Shown here: in pieces, positions 9,299-20,565 of the stretch | Layout of the letters: each line of letters opens with the position of its first letter | Position numbering within the stretch: the first letter of the stretch is position 1 | Source: Gammaproteobacteria bacterium | GTDB taxonomy: Bacteria; Pseudomonadota; Gammaproteobacteria; JBCCGL01 | Direction of reading: 5' to 3' | Length of the DNA stretch: 64,000 nt | Assembly: GCA_965277715.1 (NCBI GenBank) | Contig: OZ255836.1 | Coordinates: 1,120,001 to 1,184,000, forward strand | The notes under the pieces: model-generated | Told to the model about the DNA's origin: nothing | The model's database searches: none | Seen by the model: the letters and a program-made list of their open reading frames with translations, nothing else | Made by a program: the position numbers and the translations under genes

Positions 9299-10618
9299 AT
9301 GATTTCTGTTGATACCTGCTTGCATTGCGAATGGCTTGTCACTGTCGATGCGCACAATACAGTGCTCGAAAACTACACTGTAGTCATCGATAAAGGGCGA
9401 ATATACGCCACCCTACCCTCATTACAAGCGCGCCAAATCTATACCGCCAATGAGGACATAGACCTACCGGGTCACGCCGTGATGCCCGGCTTAATCAACA
9501 CCCATACGCACACCGCGATGAGCCTGCTACGCGGCTTTGCCGACGATTTGCCCTTGATGGACTGGCTGCAAAAATACATCTGGCCCGCCGAGTCGAAATA
9601 CGTCGATGCACAGTTTATCGAGGACGGCAGCACACTCGCCATCGCCGAAATGCTGCGCGGTGGTACCACCTGCTTTAACGATATGTATTTTTTCCCGGAT
9701 GCGACAGCGCGCTCAGCCAGCCGCGCCGGGATTCGCGCTGTAGTCGGTTTAATCGTGCTCGACTTCCCTACCGTCTGGGCCAACTCGGCCGATGAATACA
9801 TTGCCAAAGGCACAGAGCTGCACGATACCCTGCGCAATAACCCCTTGGTGTCAACGGCGTTTGCACCACACGCCCCCTACACGGTGTCTGAAGCCCCGCT
9901 GCGCAAAATAGCCACATACAGCAATGAACTGGAAATTCCCGTGCATATTCACGTGCATGAAACCGCCAGTGAAGTGGAACAATTTATCGCGGCACACGGT
10001 GTGCGGCCATTGCAGCACCTGGATCAACTCGGCCTGGTGTCACCCAGCTTGTTAGCCGTGCATATGACCCAACTGCTGGAGAGGGAAATTGAGCGCATCG
10101 CCGAAGCGGGCGCGCACATTCTGCACTGCCCCGAGTCGAACATGAAACTCGCCAGTGGCTTTTGTCCGGTCGGCAAACTGCTTGATGCCAACTGCAATAT
10201 TGCCCTGGGTACAGACGGTGCCGCCTCCAATAATGACCTGGATATGTTCGGTGAAATGCGCACTGCGGCACTGATTGCCAAGGGTGCCAGCGGCGATGCC
10301 GCCGCTTTCCCGGCGGCACAGGTGTTGCGTGCGGCCACTATCAACGGCGCCCGCGCACTGGGTATGGAAAACGAAATAGGCTCGGTTGAGATGGGTAAAG
10401 CAGCCGATTTGGTCGCCGTCGATTTTAACCGCCCTGCCCTGCGCCCGGTTTACGACCCGGTTTCACACTTGGTGTACGCGGCGGGTCGCGATGACGTTTC
10501 CGATGTATGGGTGGCGGGCAAAGCACTGTTGCGCAACAGGCAGTTACTGCATATGGATGAGCTCGCGATACAGCGCGATGCGCAGCAGTGGGCCAGAAAA
10601 ATTAACACCCTAAATTAA
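9299..10618 (+). CDS. mtaD: TRZ/ATZ-family amidohydrolase (MTA/SAH deaminase)
   Basis: Motifs PGLINTHTH, HIHVHET and GTDGAASNN. It lies directly upstream of ubiG, as in many gammaproteobacteria. Confidence 0.8.
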   Translation: MISVDTCLHCEWLVTVDAHNTVLENYTVVIDKGRIYATLPSLQARQIYTANEDIDLPGHAVMPGLINTHTHTAMSLLRGFADDLPLMDWLQKYIWPAESKYVDAQFIEDGSTLAIAEMLRGGTTCFNDMYFFPDATARSASRAGIRAVVGLIVLDFPTVWANSADEYIAKGTELHDTLRNNPLVSTAFAPHAPYTVSEAPLRKIATYSNELEIPVHIHVHETASEVEQFIAAHGVRPLQHLDQLGLVSPSLLAVHMTQLLEREIERIAEAGAHILHCPESNMKLASGFCPVGKLLDANCNIALGTDGAASNNDLDMFGEMRTAALIAKGASGDAAAFPAAQVLRAATINGARALGMENEIGSVEMGKAADLVAVDFNRPALRPVYDPVSHLVYAAGRDDVSDVWVAGKALLRNRQLLHMDELAIQRDAQQWARKINTLN

Positions 10619-10624
10619 CCCCCT

Positions 10625-11386
10625 ATGACGACTGCAAACCCCAATGTCGACGCGGCGGAAATCGCTAAATTTGAAGCCCTGGCCAGCCGCTGGTGGGACC
10701 CCAATAGTGAATTTAAACCCCTGCACGAAATCAACCCACTGCGGCTCGATTACATCGACCAACGCGCCAGCCTGAGTGGCAAGCGGGTGCTCGATGTCGG
10801 CTGTGGGGGGGGCATACTCGCCGAATCAATGGCTGCACGCGGCGCCGATGTGTGTGGCATCGATATGGGGGAAGCACCGCTCAATGTCGCCAGGTTGCAC
10901 GCGCTGGAATCAGGTATCAGCGTGGACTACCGGCAGATAACGGCTGAAGCGCTGGCGGCAGAAACGATGGCAGACAACACCGCACCGGCATTCGATATTG
11001 TCACCTGCCTGGAAATGCTCGAACACGTGCCAGACCCCGCCTCTGTTATCACCGCCTGCGCGCAATTGGCCAAACCTGGCGGGCACATATTTTTTTCCAC
11101 GATAAACCGCAACCCAAAATCATTTTTATTTGCGATTGTCGGTGCCGAATACCTGCTCAAACTACTGCCCAAAGGCACGCACGATCACAAGAAATTTATC
11201 AAACCCTCGGAGCTAAGCCACTTAGCCCGTGGTGCATCACTGGCTATTTGTGACCTGACGGGTATGACCTACAACCCGTTCAGCAACGTGTACCGACTGG
11301 AGAGCGATGTGAGTGTCAACTACCTGCTGCATTGCTGTAAACCGGATGACAATGCGACAGAAGGCGATCGACATGGCGCAGTATGA
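10625..11386 (+). CDS. ubiG: Ubiquinone biosynthesis O-methyltransferase
   Basis: Motifs [22 protein letters not shown] and [11 protein letters not shown]. Confidence 0.95.
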   Translation: MTTANPNVDAAEIAKFEALASRWWDPNSEFKPLHEINPLRLDYIDQRASLSGKRVLDVGCGGGILAESMAARGADVCGIDMGEAPLNVARLHALESGISVDYRQITAEALAAETMADNTAPAFDIVTCLEMLEHVPDPASVITACAQLAKPGGHIFFSTINRNPKSFLFAIVGAEYLLKLLPKGTHDHKKFIKPSELSHLARGASLAICDLTGMTYNPFSNVYRLESDVSVNYLLHCCKPDDNATEGDRHGAV

Positions 11387-12026
11387 GGCGATATTTTTCG
11401 ACCTCGATGGCACCTTAATCGATACCGCACCCGATATGGGCGGGGCGCTAAACCGATTACTCAACGCCCACCACCTGCCTGTACGCACAATGGAAGCGAT
11501 TCGCCCGCACGTATCAGACGGTGCCAATGCCCTGATAAAAATGGGTTTTCCACGCCCCGTTGATGACAGTGAGATGCAGACACTGCGCCAGGAATACCTG
11601 CAAATCTACAGTGAGCATCTCGCTGATGAATCCCAGTTGTTCGACGGTATGGGCAACGCGTTGGATGCCATCGAAAAACACAGGATACCCTGGGGAATTG
11701 TCACGAATAAACCCGCGTGGTTGACAGAACCACTGTTGGAGCAACTCGATTTACGCCAGCGTTGTGCCTGCGTGGTCAGCGCCGATACGTGCAGCCAACG
11801 CAAACCCCACCCCATGCCGATGTACCACGCCTGCGAACTGGCGCACGTCAAACCGGAAAACTGCCTTTACGTGGGGGATGCGCTACGCGATATACAGGCG
11901 GGCAATGCAGCGGGCATGGCCACATTGATCGCCCGCTACGGCTATATCACCCCCGGTGAATGCACCTCAACCTGGCGGGCTGGTGGCAGCATAAATCACC
12001 CGGATGAACTGCTTAACTGGCTATAA
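11373..12026 (+). CDS. mupP: HAD-IA phosphatase (MupP / phosphoglycolate phosphatase-like)
   Basis: Motifs [17 protein letters not shown] and YVGD..RD. Its position after ubiG matches mupP synteny. Confidence 0.7.
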   Translation: MAQYEAIFFDLDGTLIDTAPDMGGALNRLLNAHHLPVRTMEAIRPHVSDGANALIKMGFPRPVDDSEMQTLRQEYLQIYSEHLADESQLFDGMGNALDAIEKHRIPWGIVTNKPAWLTEPLLEQLDLRQRCACVVSADTCSQRKPHPMPMYHACELAHVKPENCLYVGDALRDIQAGNAAGMATLIARYGYITPGECTSTWRAGGSINHPDELLNWL

Positions 12027-12222
12027 GATACGGGCAAAATAGCCGCCCTACCCCTTAAAACTCACACAAATGGCAAAGTGAGCAAAGGCTGCCCGCTACC
12101 GATATTGCTGCCAATCCACAAACCCAATACCCCACCAATCAAAAAACCTATCGCAAATGTGCGAACATAAGCCATACTCATTTCCCCCACGTAGAATTTG
12201 CAACTATCAGTATATATTCCCA

Positions 12223-13662
12223 ATGGATACAGCACCCCGTCTCATTTTCCTTATCGCATTTTTTTTGTGCTTAACTGCTAACGCGGCAACGGCGGCAGAT
12301 ACTATCGCGGTACTCCCTGAAAAAGTGCAGAAAACGCTAAAAAAACACAGTCTAAGTGGTGCCGGATTGAGTGTTTACATACAAAAAATAGGGGATAAAT
12401 CACCGCTACTCGCATTCAACAGTCAACAGACGAGGAATCCGGCCTCCACAATAAAACTGCTGACCACCCTGGTCGCCCTGGAGCAACTCACGCCAGCATA
12501 TCGCTGGTATACCAATGTGTATGCCGATGGAACGATCACTGGCAACATACTCAACGGCAACCTGTTAATTAAGGGTGGCGGCGACCCTTATCTGCCACTT
12601 GAACGTCTCTGGCTGCTCGTACACCAGCTACGCCGTAGTGGGCTGGACACCATCACCGGTAACCTGGTTATCGATCAAGGTTTGTTTGCCCCTATCGATG
12701 AGCACCCCGGTGCTTTCGATAAGCGCCCCACACGGGCCTACAATGTGACACCCTCTGCACTGGTCAGCAATTTTAATATTACCCGCTTAACCTTCAAATC
12801 TGAGAAAAAACGCGGCCGTGTCAGTGTCGAGCTGGACCCGCCCCTGCCCAGCCTAAAACTGGAAAACCGTTTAACCCTGAGTAACAGAACCTGTGGAGGG
12901 TATCAGCGGGGAATTAAACTGGACACCAGCAAAAAAGGTGTCTTACGCCTGGAGGGAAAATTTCCCAAACGCTGCAAATCCTATTCAATTGGGCGCAGTA
13001 TCACGGATAAGGATGCGTATAGCGCCGATGTATTCCGCCAGTTATGGCATGAATCCGGCGGCCATTGGTCTGGCAACTGGCGCCATGGCCAAGCGAACAA
13101 AACAATGAAACGCCTGCTGCGGTTTAGATCCTTGTCACTGGCTGAGGTATCGCGCTACATTAACAAATACAGCAATAACCTGATGGCAAAAACAGTATTC
13201 CTGACACTTGGCCTGGAAGCGGCCAACGCCCCGGCAACCCCGGAAAAGTCGAGAGCCGCCATCAACGACTGGCTAAGCAGTAAAAAACTCGCCATGCCGA
13301 CACTGTACGTCGAAAATGGCGCCGGGTTATCACGTAAAACCCGCATCACCGCAAAGGATATGGGGCGTTTATTATTAACTGCCTGGCACAGTCCTTATAT
13401 GCCCGAGTTTATCGCATCGATGTCAATCAGTGGCCAGGACGGCACGCTGAGAAAACGCTACCGCAAAGGCGCTTTATACGAAAAAATGCACATGAAAACA
13501 GGCAGGCTCAACAATGTCGTCTCCCTTGCGGGTTACTATCAATCGCCACGCGGTGATCGCTATGTTGTCGTGTTATTACACAATGCCAGGGATGTACAGC
13601 ATGGCACTGGCCACGCCGTGCAGAACACACTATTGGAGTGGCTGGCAAAAACCACAAAATAA
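12223..13662 (+). CDS. dacB: D-alanyl-D-alanine carboxypeptidase/endopeptidase PBP4
   Basis: SxxK (ASTIK), SxN (SNN) and KTG motifs, GGGDP, and a signal peptide. Confidence 0.9.
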   Translation: MDTAPRLIFLIAFFLCLTANAATAADTIAVLPEKVQKTLKKHSLSGAGLSVYIQKIGDKSPLLAFNSQQTRNPASTIKLLTTLVALEQLTPAYRWYTNVYADGTITGNILNGNLLIKGGGDPYLPLERLWLLVHQLRRSGLDTITGNLVIDQGLFAPIDEHPGAFDKRPTRAYNVTPSALVSNFNITRLTFKSEKKRGRVSVELDPPLPSLKLENRLTLSNRTCGGYQRGIKLDTSKKGVLRLEGKFPKRCKSYSIGRSITDKDAYSADVFRQLWHESGGHWSGNWRHGQANKTMKRLLRFRSLSLAEVSRYINKYSNNLMAKTVFLTLGLEAANAPATPEKSRAAINDWLSSKKLAMPTLYVENGAGLSRKTRITAKDMGRLLLTAWHSPYMPEFIASMSISGQDGTLRKRYRKGALYEKMHMKTGRLNNVVSLAGYYQSPRGDRYVVVLLHNARDVQHGTGHAVQNTLLEWLAKTTK

Positions 13663-13950
13663 ATCAGCCGTAAAACCAACGCTGTCTTTGTATCTGCCCT
13701 GCCTTTGGCAAGCCGGATTGAACGCACAGATATGTTCATTTAATTAGTATAAAAATTATTTACTATCAATAAATTAAAACACATACATTATAATTTACTT
13801 TATGCATAATACACTTGCCGCGCCAAGCCGTTTATACAATATTGAAGATAGTCACATTTCGCCCGGCAAATTAGTGTATGCTGCGCCCCGCAAAAAGCTG
13901 ACTACCGCATGCACACACCCACTTAAACCTTCTAACTGTATTTTAATGAC

Positions 13951-16035
13951 ATGGCAAACCTAGACAAATATCGGAATATTGGCATCTTTGCACACGTAGA
14001 CGCCGGTAAAACCACGACCACGGAACGCATACTCAGCCTTACCGGGAAAATCCACAAAATCGGTGAGGTACACGATGGTGAAGCCACCACCGACTTTATG
14101 GATCAGGAACGCGAGCGCGGCATCACAATCCAGTCCGCCGCCACCAGTTGCGAATGGGACGGCCACCGCCTCAATATCATCGACACCCCCGGACACGTTG
14201 ACTTCACCGTTGAAGTATACCGTTCGCTCAAAGTACTGGATGGCGGGGTTGGCGTATTCTGCGGTTCTGGTGGTGTCGAGCCACAATCAGAAACCAACTG
14301 GCGCTATGCCAACGACTCTGAAGTATCGCGCATTATCTTCGTTAATAAACTGGACCGTATCGGGGCTGATTTTTACCGCGTCGTCGATCAGATTAAAAAG
14401 GTACTGGGTGCCAATGCAGTGCCCATGGTGCTACCGCTTGGCCGGGAAGATGAATTCAGCGGCGTGATTGACTTACTGACCCGCAAAGCCTGGATCTGGG
14501 ACGGCTCTGGCGACCCCATGAAATACCGAATTGAAGAAGTGCCCGCCGATATGGTTGACGATGTGGAACAATACCGTGAGGAATTGATCGATGCTGTCGC
14601 TGAATTCGACGACGATGTTATGGAAAAATACCTCGAAGGCGAAGAACCCAGCATTGAGGAGCTCAAACTGTGTATCCGCAAAGGGACTATCAGCACACAA
14701 TTATTCCCAACCTATTGTGGTTCTGCGTTTAAAAACAAAGGCGTGCAATTGGTACTGAATGCCGTTATCGATTACCTGCCAAACCCAACCGAGGTAGATC
14801 CACAACCAGAAGTCGACCTCGACGGTGAGGCAACGGGCGAGCACGCCACTGTCGACCCAGGCTATCCCCTACGCGCACTCGCCTTCAAAATCATGGATGA
14901 CCGCTACGGCGCACTGACCTTTATTCGCATCTACTCCGGGAAACTGGCCAAAGGCGATACCGTACTCAATACCTTTACGGGCAAAACCGAGCGCATCGGG
15001 CGTATCGTGGAAATGCACGCCGACTCCCGCCAGGATCTGGACTCTGCACAGGCCGGTGATATCGTCGCTGTACTGGGCATGAAGAACGTACAAACCGGCC
15101 ACACACTCTGCGACCCCAAGAAACCGGCAACGCTTGAGCCGATGGTATTTCCCGATCCGGTTATTTCGATTGCAGTCAAACCAAAAGACAAAGGCGGTTC
15201 TGAAAAAATGGGCATCGCCATTGGTAAAATGGTTGCCGAAGACCCCTCCTTCCGCGTTGAGACCGATGAGGACAGCGGTGAAACCATTCTCAAGGGAATG
15301 GGCGAGCTGCACCTCGACATTAAAATCGATATCCTCAGACGCACCCACAGCGTCGAAGTTGAAGTGGGCGCGCCACAGGTTGCCTACCGCGAAACGATTA
15401 CCCAGCCCGTCACCGACAGCTATACACACAAAAAACAAACGGGGGGTTCCGGGCAGTTCGGTAAAATCGACTACAGCATTGAGCCAGGTGAAACCGGCAG
15501 TGGTTATGTGTTTGAATCAACCGTTACCGGCGGTAACGTGCCCCGCGAATACTGGCCCGCCATCGAAAAAGGGTTTCAAAGCTGTTTGGTGGAAGGTGTG
15601 CTGGCTGGTTACCCCTGCATGGATATGAAACTGACCCTACAGGACGGTGCTTACCACGCGGTCGACTCCTCAGCAATGGCGTTTGAAATTGCCGCCAAGG
15701 GCGCCTACCGGCAAACCATGCCCAAAGCAGGCCCGCAGTTGCTGGAGCCAATTATGAAAGTCGATGTTTTCACACCTGAAGAGCATGTTGGCGATTGTAT
15801 CGGTGATTTAAACCGTCGTCGCGGTATGATCAAGTCGCAAGATACCACACCCACGGGTGCACGTATTAAAGCCGATGTACCGCTGGCGGCAATGTTTGGT
15901 TATATCGGTGATTTACGCACCATGACATCGGGTCGTGGGCAGTTCTCGATGGAATTTTCACACTATATGCCCTGCCCCAGGAATATCACCGAAGAGGTGA
16001 TTGCAGCAGCTAAGGAACGTCGGGCTAACAAATAG
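13951..16035 (+). CDS. fusA: Elongation factor G (stand-alone paralogue)
   Basis: Motifs [23 protein letters not shown] and NKLD; 694 aa. Confidence 0.95.
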   Translation: MANLDKYRNIGIFAHVDAGKTTTTERILSLTGKIHKIGEVHDGEATTDFMDQERERGITIQSAATSCEWDGHRLNIIDTPGHVDFTVEVYRSLKVLDGGVGVFCGSGGVEPQSETNWRYANDSEVSRIIFVNKLDRIGADFYRVVDQIKKVLGANAVPMVLPLGREDEFSGVIDLLTRKAWIWDGSGDPMKYRIEEVPADMVDDVEQYREELIDAVAEFDDDVMEKYLEGEEPSIEELKLCIRKGTISTQLFPTYCGSAFKNKGVQLVLNAVIDYLPNPTEVDPQPEVDLDGEATGEHATVDPGYPLRALAFKIMDDRYGALTFIRIYSGKLAKGDTVLNTFTGKTERIGRIVEMHADSRQDLDSAQAGDIVAVLGMKNVQTGHTLCDPKKPATLEPMVFPDPVISIAVKPKDKGGSEKMGIAIGKMVAEDPSFRVETDEDSGETILKGMGELHLDIKIDILRRTHSVEVEVGAPQVAYRETITQPVTDSYTHKKQTGGSGQFGKIDYSIEPGETGSGYVFESTVTGGNVPREYWPAIEKGFQSCLVEGVLAGYPCMDMKLTLQDGAYHAVDSSAMAFEIAAKGAYRQTMPKAGPQLLEPIMKVDVFTPEEHVGDCIGDLNRRRGMIKSQDTTPTGARIKADVPLAAMFGYIGDLRTMTSGRGQFSMEFSHYMPCPRNITEEVIAAAKERRANK

Positions 16036-16050
16036 TCCATTTCAATATTG

Positions 16051-16079
16051 AAAGGCTCTGCTCACGGCAGGGCCTTTTC
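16051..16079. terminator. Probable bidirectional intrinsic terminator between fusA and hflX
   Basis: AAAGGCTCTGC-TCACG-GCAGGGCCTTTT: an 11-bp stem with one G-U pair, between convergent genes. Confidence 0.75.
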
Positions 16080-16154
16080 TCATAAGAACTAAAGGGCGCT
16101 CTCAATCCCCTTCGCGCTGGCGGCGTTGCAAAGCGTAACCAACGAAAGATAAAA

Positions 16155-17474
16155 TCAATTGATGAATTCAATCGGTTTCTCGTTCAACACACAATCCGCC
16201 AGTTGATAGCGTTTGCTTAGCTGTTGCCAGCGGTAGTTGTTCAAGTCCACTTCCAACACCAGCGACCCGTCAGCATGGGTCTTTTCATTAATAATCGCTT
16301 TTTCGGCATACAAACCAGAACGCAATGCCCCCATACCCGCATCGAGGTGCAGCCAGCCGTGAACGCGCTCGCTTTGCACAATTCGTTGCAATTGCCAGGT
16401 CAGTTCTTCAATACCCTCGCCACTTAAAGAGGAGAGGCTGACCCGCTCAGCACGGCCTTCATCGTTACACTCGACGCTGGCCGACAGCGCCGTTTTATCT
16501 ATCTTATTAAACACGGTGAGCTGTGGCACGTCACCCGCGCCAATTTCTGCTAGTACTTGATTAACGGCGTCGATTTGAACACGGTAGTTATCATTGGAAA
16601 TATCGACAACGTGTAACAGCAGATCCGCATCGTGCGTTTCCAGTAGCGTTGCATGAAACGCATCGACCAATTCGTGGGGCAGATCATTAATAAAACCAAC
16701 CGTATCCGCAAGGATAACGGTTTGCCCAACGGGCAATACGATGCGGCGCAATGTGGTATCGAGTGTCGCAAACAACTGGTCAGCCGCATAGACAGCCTCC
16801 CCGGTTAGCCGGTTAAACAGGGTGGATTTACCCGCATTGGTATACCCCACCAAGGCAATGCTGGGCACTTCTGCCTTGCGCCTCGCCTGCCGGTTTTGTG
16901 AACGTTGACGACGCACCTGATCGAGTCGTTTATTGATTTGTTTGATGCGCACTGCCAACAGACGACGGTCTGTTTCCAATTGGGTCTCACCTGGCCCACG
17001 CAAACCGATACCGCCTTTTTGGCGCTCCAGGTGAGTCCAGCCGCGAACCAATCGTGTCGATAAGTGCTTTAGCTGTGCCAACTCTACCTGTAGCTTGCCT
17101 TCAAAGGAGCGCGCTCGTTGCGCAAATATATCCAGAATCAAGCCAGTGCGGTCGAGCACTCGGCATTCAAAACGGCGTTCCAGGTTGCGCTCCTGCGCAG
17201 GGGTTAGTACATGGTTGAAAATGACAATATCGGCCTGATTGGCCATAACGACTTCGGCAATTTCATCGGCTTTACCCTTACCGACAAACAGCTTTGGGTC
17301 TGGACGCTGGCGGCTTCCCTGAATTATTGCCAGGGTATCCGCCCCGGCGGAGTGCACTAATTCTTTAAATTCGCCCAGACTGTCTTCGCTATTCAGCTCA
17401 TTGATATCCGGCCCACTCGCGGGGCGAATATGGACAAGCACTGCCCGGTTTCCCACCTGATGACGTTCAAACAA
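16155..17474 (-). CDS. hflX: Ribosome-splitting GTPase HflX
   Basis: Motifs GPGETQLETDRR, GYTNAGKST, DTVGF and NKID. Confidence 0.95.
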   Translation of the reverse strand: MFERHQVGNRAVLVHIRPASGPDINELNSEDSLGEFKELVHSAGADTLAIIQGSRQRPDPKLFVGKGKADEIAEVVMANQADIVIFNHVLTPAQERNLERRFECRVLDRTGLILDIFAQRARSFEGKLQVELAQLKHLSTRLVRGWTHLERQKGGIGLRGPGETQLETDRRLLAVRIKQINKRLDQVRRQRSQNRQARRKAEVPSIALVGYTNAGKSTLFNRLTGEAVYAADQLFATLDTTLRRIVLPVGQTVILADTVGFINDLPHELVDAFHATLLETHDADLLLHVVDISNDNYRVQIDAVNQVLAEIGAGDVPQLTVFNKIDKTALSASVECNDEGRAERVSLSSLSGEGIEELTWQLQRIVQSERVHGWLHLDAGMGALRSGLYAEKAIINEKTHADGSLVLEVDLNNYRWQQLSKRYQLADCVLNEKPIEFIN

Positions 17475-17506
17475 ATGTATTACCCACAGAAATTGCCTAA
17501 CTTATA

Positions 17507-17680
17507 TTGACAGGTTTAGGCGCTCGTAGCGAGGGAAAGACCAATTTGAGTCATTTTTTGCGCACTATCGAGTAACACAGTGATTCTATGTGGCGGAATA
17601 TTATGCAAAAAAGGGTGCACAAGTAAAGGGCCAGATCGGCTTTTCCGCAGTAGAGCAGTCCTGAATCCGACAGACCCCTA
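17507..17680. repeat. Imperfect palindromic intergenic element (MITE/REP-like)
   Basis: The left arm TTTAGGCGCTC..GGGAAAGACCAATTTG..TTTTTTGCGCA pairs imperfectly with the right arm TATGCAAAAAA..CAGATCGGCTTTTCC..GAGCAGTCCTGAA. Confidence 0.45.
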
Positions 17681-17741
17681 GGCGATGCACGCATCACACT
17701 AACCATCTACTGCCTTGGTCGTGTATTAGTTTGGCACTGGC

Positions 17742-18092
<351 letters not shown>

Positions 18093-18338
18093 TTAGACAG
18101 ATTTCATAAAAAACGTATTCTCACCTATAGTATGGTAGACCAATATAAATGATTAGCACCAGAAAGCGCCGTTGAACGCCAACAAGTTGTATAAGACCCT
18201 GCCGTACATGGAGAAATTTTAAAAACCGTAGGCGTACCCTCTCTCTTTAGGTAGCTGCGCGCTCCAGATTTAAGTATCGATTGGTAATTGTGGCTATCTG
18301 TGCCAGCATACGCCACCTTACGCCACTACTACCCCTTA

Positions 18339-19232
18339 ATGAGCACTCCGAACAAACCCTCTGCGGCAAACTTTCCCGACTACCTGCTATTGCTGTTGTT
18401 GGCACTGATCTGGAGCACCGCTTTTTTGTTAATTAAGATCGGCGTGACCACGGTGCCACCGTTAACACTGTCGTTTTCGCGTATCTGTCTGGGGGCGTTG
18501 GTGTTATGTGGCATTGCGCTGTCCTGTGGTGACGGCCTACCCAAGACGCTGCGGCAGTGGCGCATTGCCGGGGTTGTCGGGTTAATGGGTAACGCCGTAC
18601 CATTCACACTCATTCACTGGGGTGAGCAGACGATAGATAGCGGGCTGGCCGCGCTGTTTATGGGGGTTATGCCCATCTGGGTAGTGGTTTTGGCACATTT
18701 CTTTGCCAATGAAAAAATCACTGCCATGCGCTCATTCGGCGTTATAGCCGCCTTTATTGGCTTGATTGTATTGGTCGGCTGGGACGTGGTAAGCCAATTG
18801 GGCAACGATACCCCCGCACAGTTGGCGGTTATTGCCGCAGCCATTTGTTACGCCGTCACCACTATCTTTGTGCGTCGGCAGCAACCGCTATCTATGCGGC
18901 CAGTGGCGGCGGGTTCATTGATTATCGCCGCTGTTGCACTGCTGCCACTGGTGTTGTGGTTGGAATCACCAGATCCAGCGACATTTTCAGGGCACTCTAT
19001 TGCCGCCATTGTTGTATTAGGTGTTTGTCAAACCGGCCTGGCAGCGCTACTCTATTTCCATTTGATTGCACGCGTGGGGGCAACTGTTTTCTCACAGGTC
19101 AACTACATTATCCCTGTACTGGGTATTGTCTGGGGGGTGGTATTACTGGGCGAGCAACCAGGCTGGCGGGAAGCTTGCGCTATGGGGTGCATACTCACCG
19201 GGTTGGTTTTAGTCAATCACCGGCAGCGATAA
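18339..19232 (+). CDS. DMT/EamA-family transporter
   Basis: About ten hydrophobic segments in two EamA-like repeats. Confidence 0.85.
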   Translation: MSTPNKPSAANFPDYLLLLLLALIWSTAFLLIKIGVTTVPPLTLSFSRICLGALVLCGIALSCGDGLPKTLRQWRIAGVVGLMGNAVPFTLIHWGEQTIDSGLAALFMGVMPIWVVVLAHFFANEKITAMRSFGVIAAFIGLIVLVGWDVVSQLGNDTPAQLAVIAAAICYAVTTIFVRRQQPLSMRPVAAGSLIIAAVALLPLVLWLESPDPATFSGHSIAAIVVLGVCQTGLAALLYFHLIARVGATVFSQVNYIIPVLGIVWGVVLLGEQPGWREACAMGCILTGLVLVNHRQR

Positions 19233-19242
19233 ACGTCTTAAC

Positions 19243-19659
19243 ATGAAAATTCAATTGCGCCCTTTTACCCCAAGTGATCAAACATCTCTGATCGATTTGT
19301 GGAACAACGTTTTCCCAAACCCTCGTGCGCACAACCTGCCACAGCGGATTATTGCGGAAAAATGTGCAGTGCAGGCCGGGTTACTGCTGCTCGCGGTACA
19401 AAATGACCGTGTGATTGGGAGTATTATTGCCGGTTACGATGGCCATCGCGGCTGGCTCAACCTGGTCGCTGTGTTGCCAGAGTACCAGCGCCAGGGTGTG
19501 GGGAAACAACTGGTCGAGTACGCGTTTGAAAAACTGTCCGCCGCAGGCTGTAGCAAGGTCAATATTCAGATTCGCGAGGGCAATGAAGCAGTGATTACAT
19601 TCTATCAACGAATGGGTTTTGCCATAGAACCCCGTGTCAGTATGGGACGATTTATTTAG
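19243..19659 (+). CDS. GNAT-family acetyltransferase
   Basis: Motifs GYDGHRGW, V.PEYQRQGVG and FY..MGF. Confidence 0.85.
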   Translation: MKIQLRPFTPSDQTSLIDLWNNVFPNPRAHNLPQRIIAEKCAVQAGLLLLAVQNDRVIGSIIAGYDGHRGWLNLVAVLPEYQRQGVGKQLVEYAFEKLSAAGCSKVNIQIREGNEAVITFYQRMGFAIEPRVSMGRFI

Positions 19660-20441
19660 TGTTAAATAAGCAACAGCAACAACAATTCCATCGGGATGGT
19701 TTTCTGGTGGTCAAAGCGATGGCCAGCGAAGCCACTGGCAACAATCTGCTCGACGCCGTGTACCAGGCGCTCAACCCGCCACTGGCCCCCCTCGAATATG
19801 AGGCCGATGTACGGTATCCGGGCGCACCCAGAGACCTGGAGGATAAAGGGGGTCGCACACCACGGCGATTACTGCACGCCTATGCCCGCGATAAAGTATT
19901 CCGCGACTGGGCAGGCAGCGATGCAGTGGTCAATACCGTGCGCCAACTGTTGCACAGCGACGATGTGCAACTCAGCCAGAACCACCACAACTGTATAATG
20001 ACCAAGTTTCCCGGCTACAGCAGTGAAACCCATTGGCACCAGGATATTCGTTACTGGTCATATGACCGCCCCGAGCTGATTAATGTGTGGCTGGCACTGG
20101 GTGAAGAGAGCACCGCTCGCGGCGGTATGCTGTTAATTCCGGGGTCGCACAAGATTCAGTTGGATCGCGGACGCTTCGACGCCTCACTGTTTCTGCGCAC
20201 CGATTTGGCAGAAAACCAGGCATTGTTAAAAACCGCTGTTTCGGCCGACCTCAATACGGGCGATGTGTTGTTTTTTCACTGCCGCGCCTTCCATGCAGCG
20301 GGGGCCAACAACACAACATCGCCAAAGTATTCACTGGTATTCAGCTACCATGCCAGCGATAACGCCCCCATTCCCAATACGCGCTCTGCGCGCTATGCAG
20401 AGGTATCACTACCGGCAGGCCCTGTACCTTTGTCTAATTGA
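19659..20441 (+). CDS. Phytanoyl-CoA dioxygenase (PhyH) family Fe(II)/2OG oxygenase
   Basis: Motifs WHQD, PGSH and GDVLFFH...H..G.N. Confidence 0.85.
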   Translation: MLNKQQQQQFHRDGFLVVKAMASEATGNNLLDAVYQALNPPLAPLEYEADVRYPGAPRDLEDKGGRTPRRLLHAYARDKVFRDWAGSDAVVNTVRQLLHSDDVQLSQNHHNCIMTKFPGYSSETHWHQDIRYWSYDRPELINVWLALGEESTARGGMLLIPGSHKIQLDRGRFDASLFLRTDLAENQALLKTAVSADLNTGDVLFFHCRAFHAAGANNTTSPKYSLVFSYHASDNAPIPNTRSARYAEVSLPAGPVPLSN

Positions 20442-20466
20442 CGTTTACGTTAACGTCAATTAGGCT
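20434..20466 (+). promoter_or_regulatory. sigma70-like promoter overlapped by a 30-bp palindromic operator (LiuR-like) upstream of prpE
   Basis: CTAATTGACGTTTACGTTAACGTCAATTAG has one mismatched pair. TTGACG (20438) - 17 bp - TAGGCT (20461). Confidence 0.7.
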
Positions 20467-20565
20467 TTACACCCAAGCCAACTAAACACAGGTAAATAAC
20501 TGGCCAGGTGCACACCACATGCATACTATTAGCCTATTATTCAACACGATAAGAGGAGGTTACCC

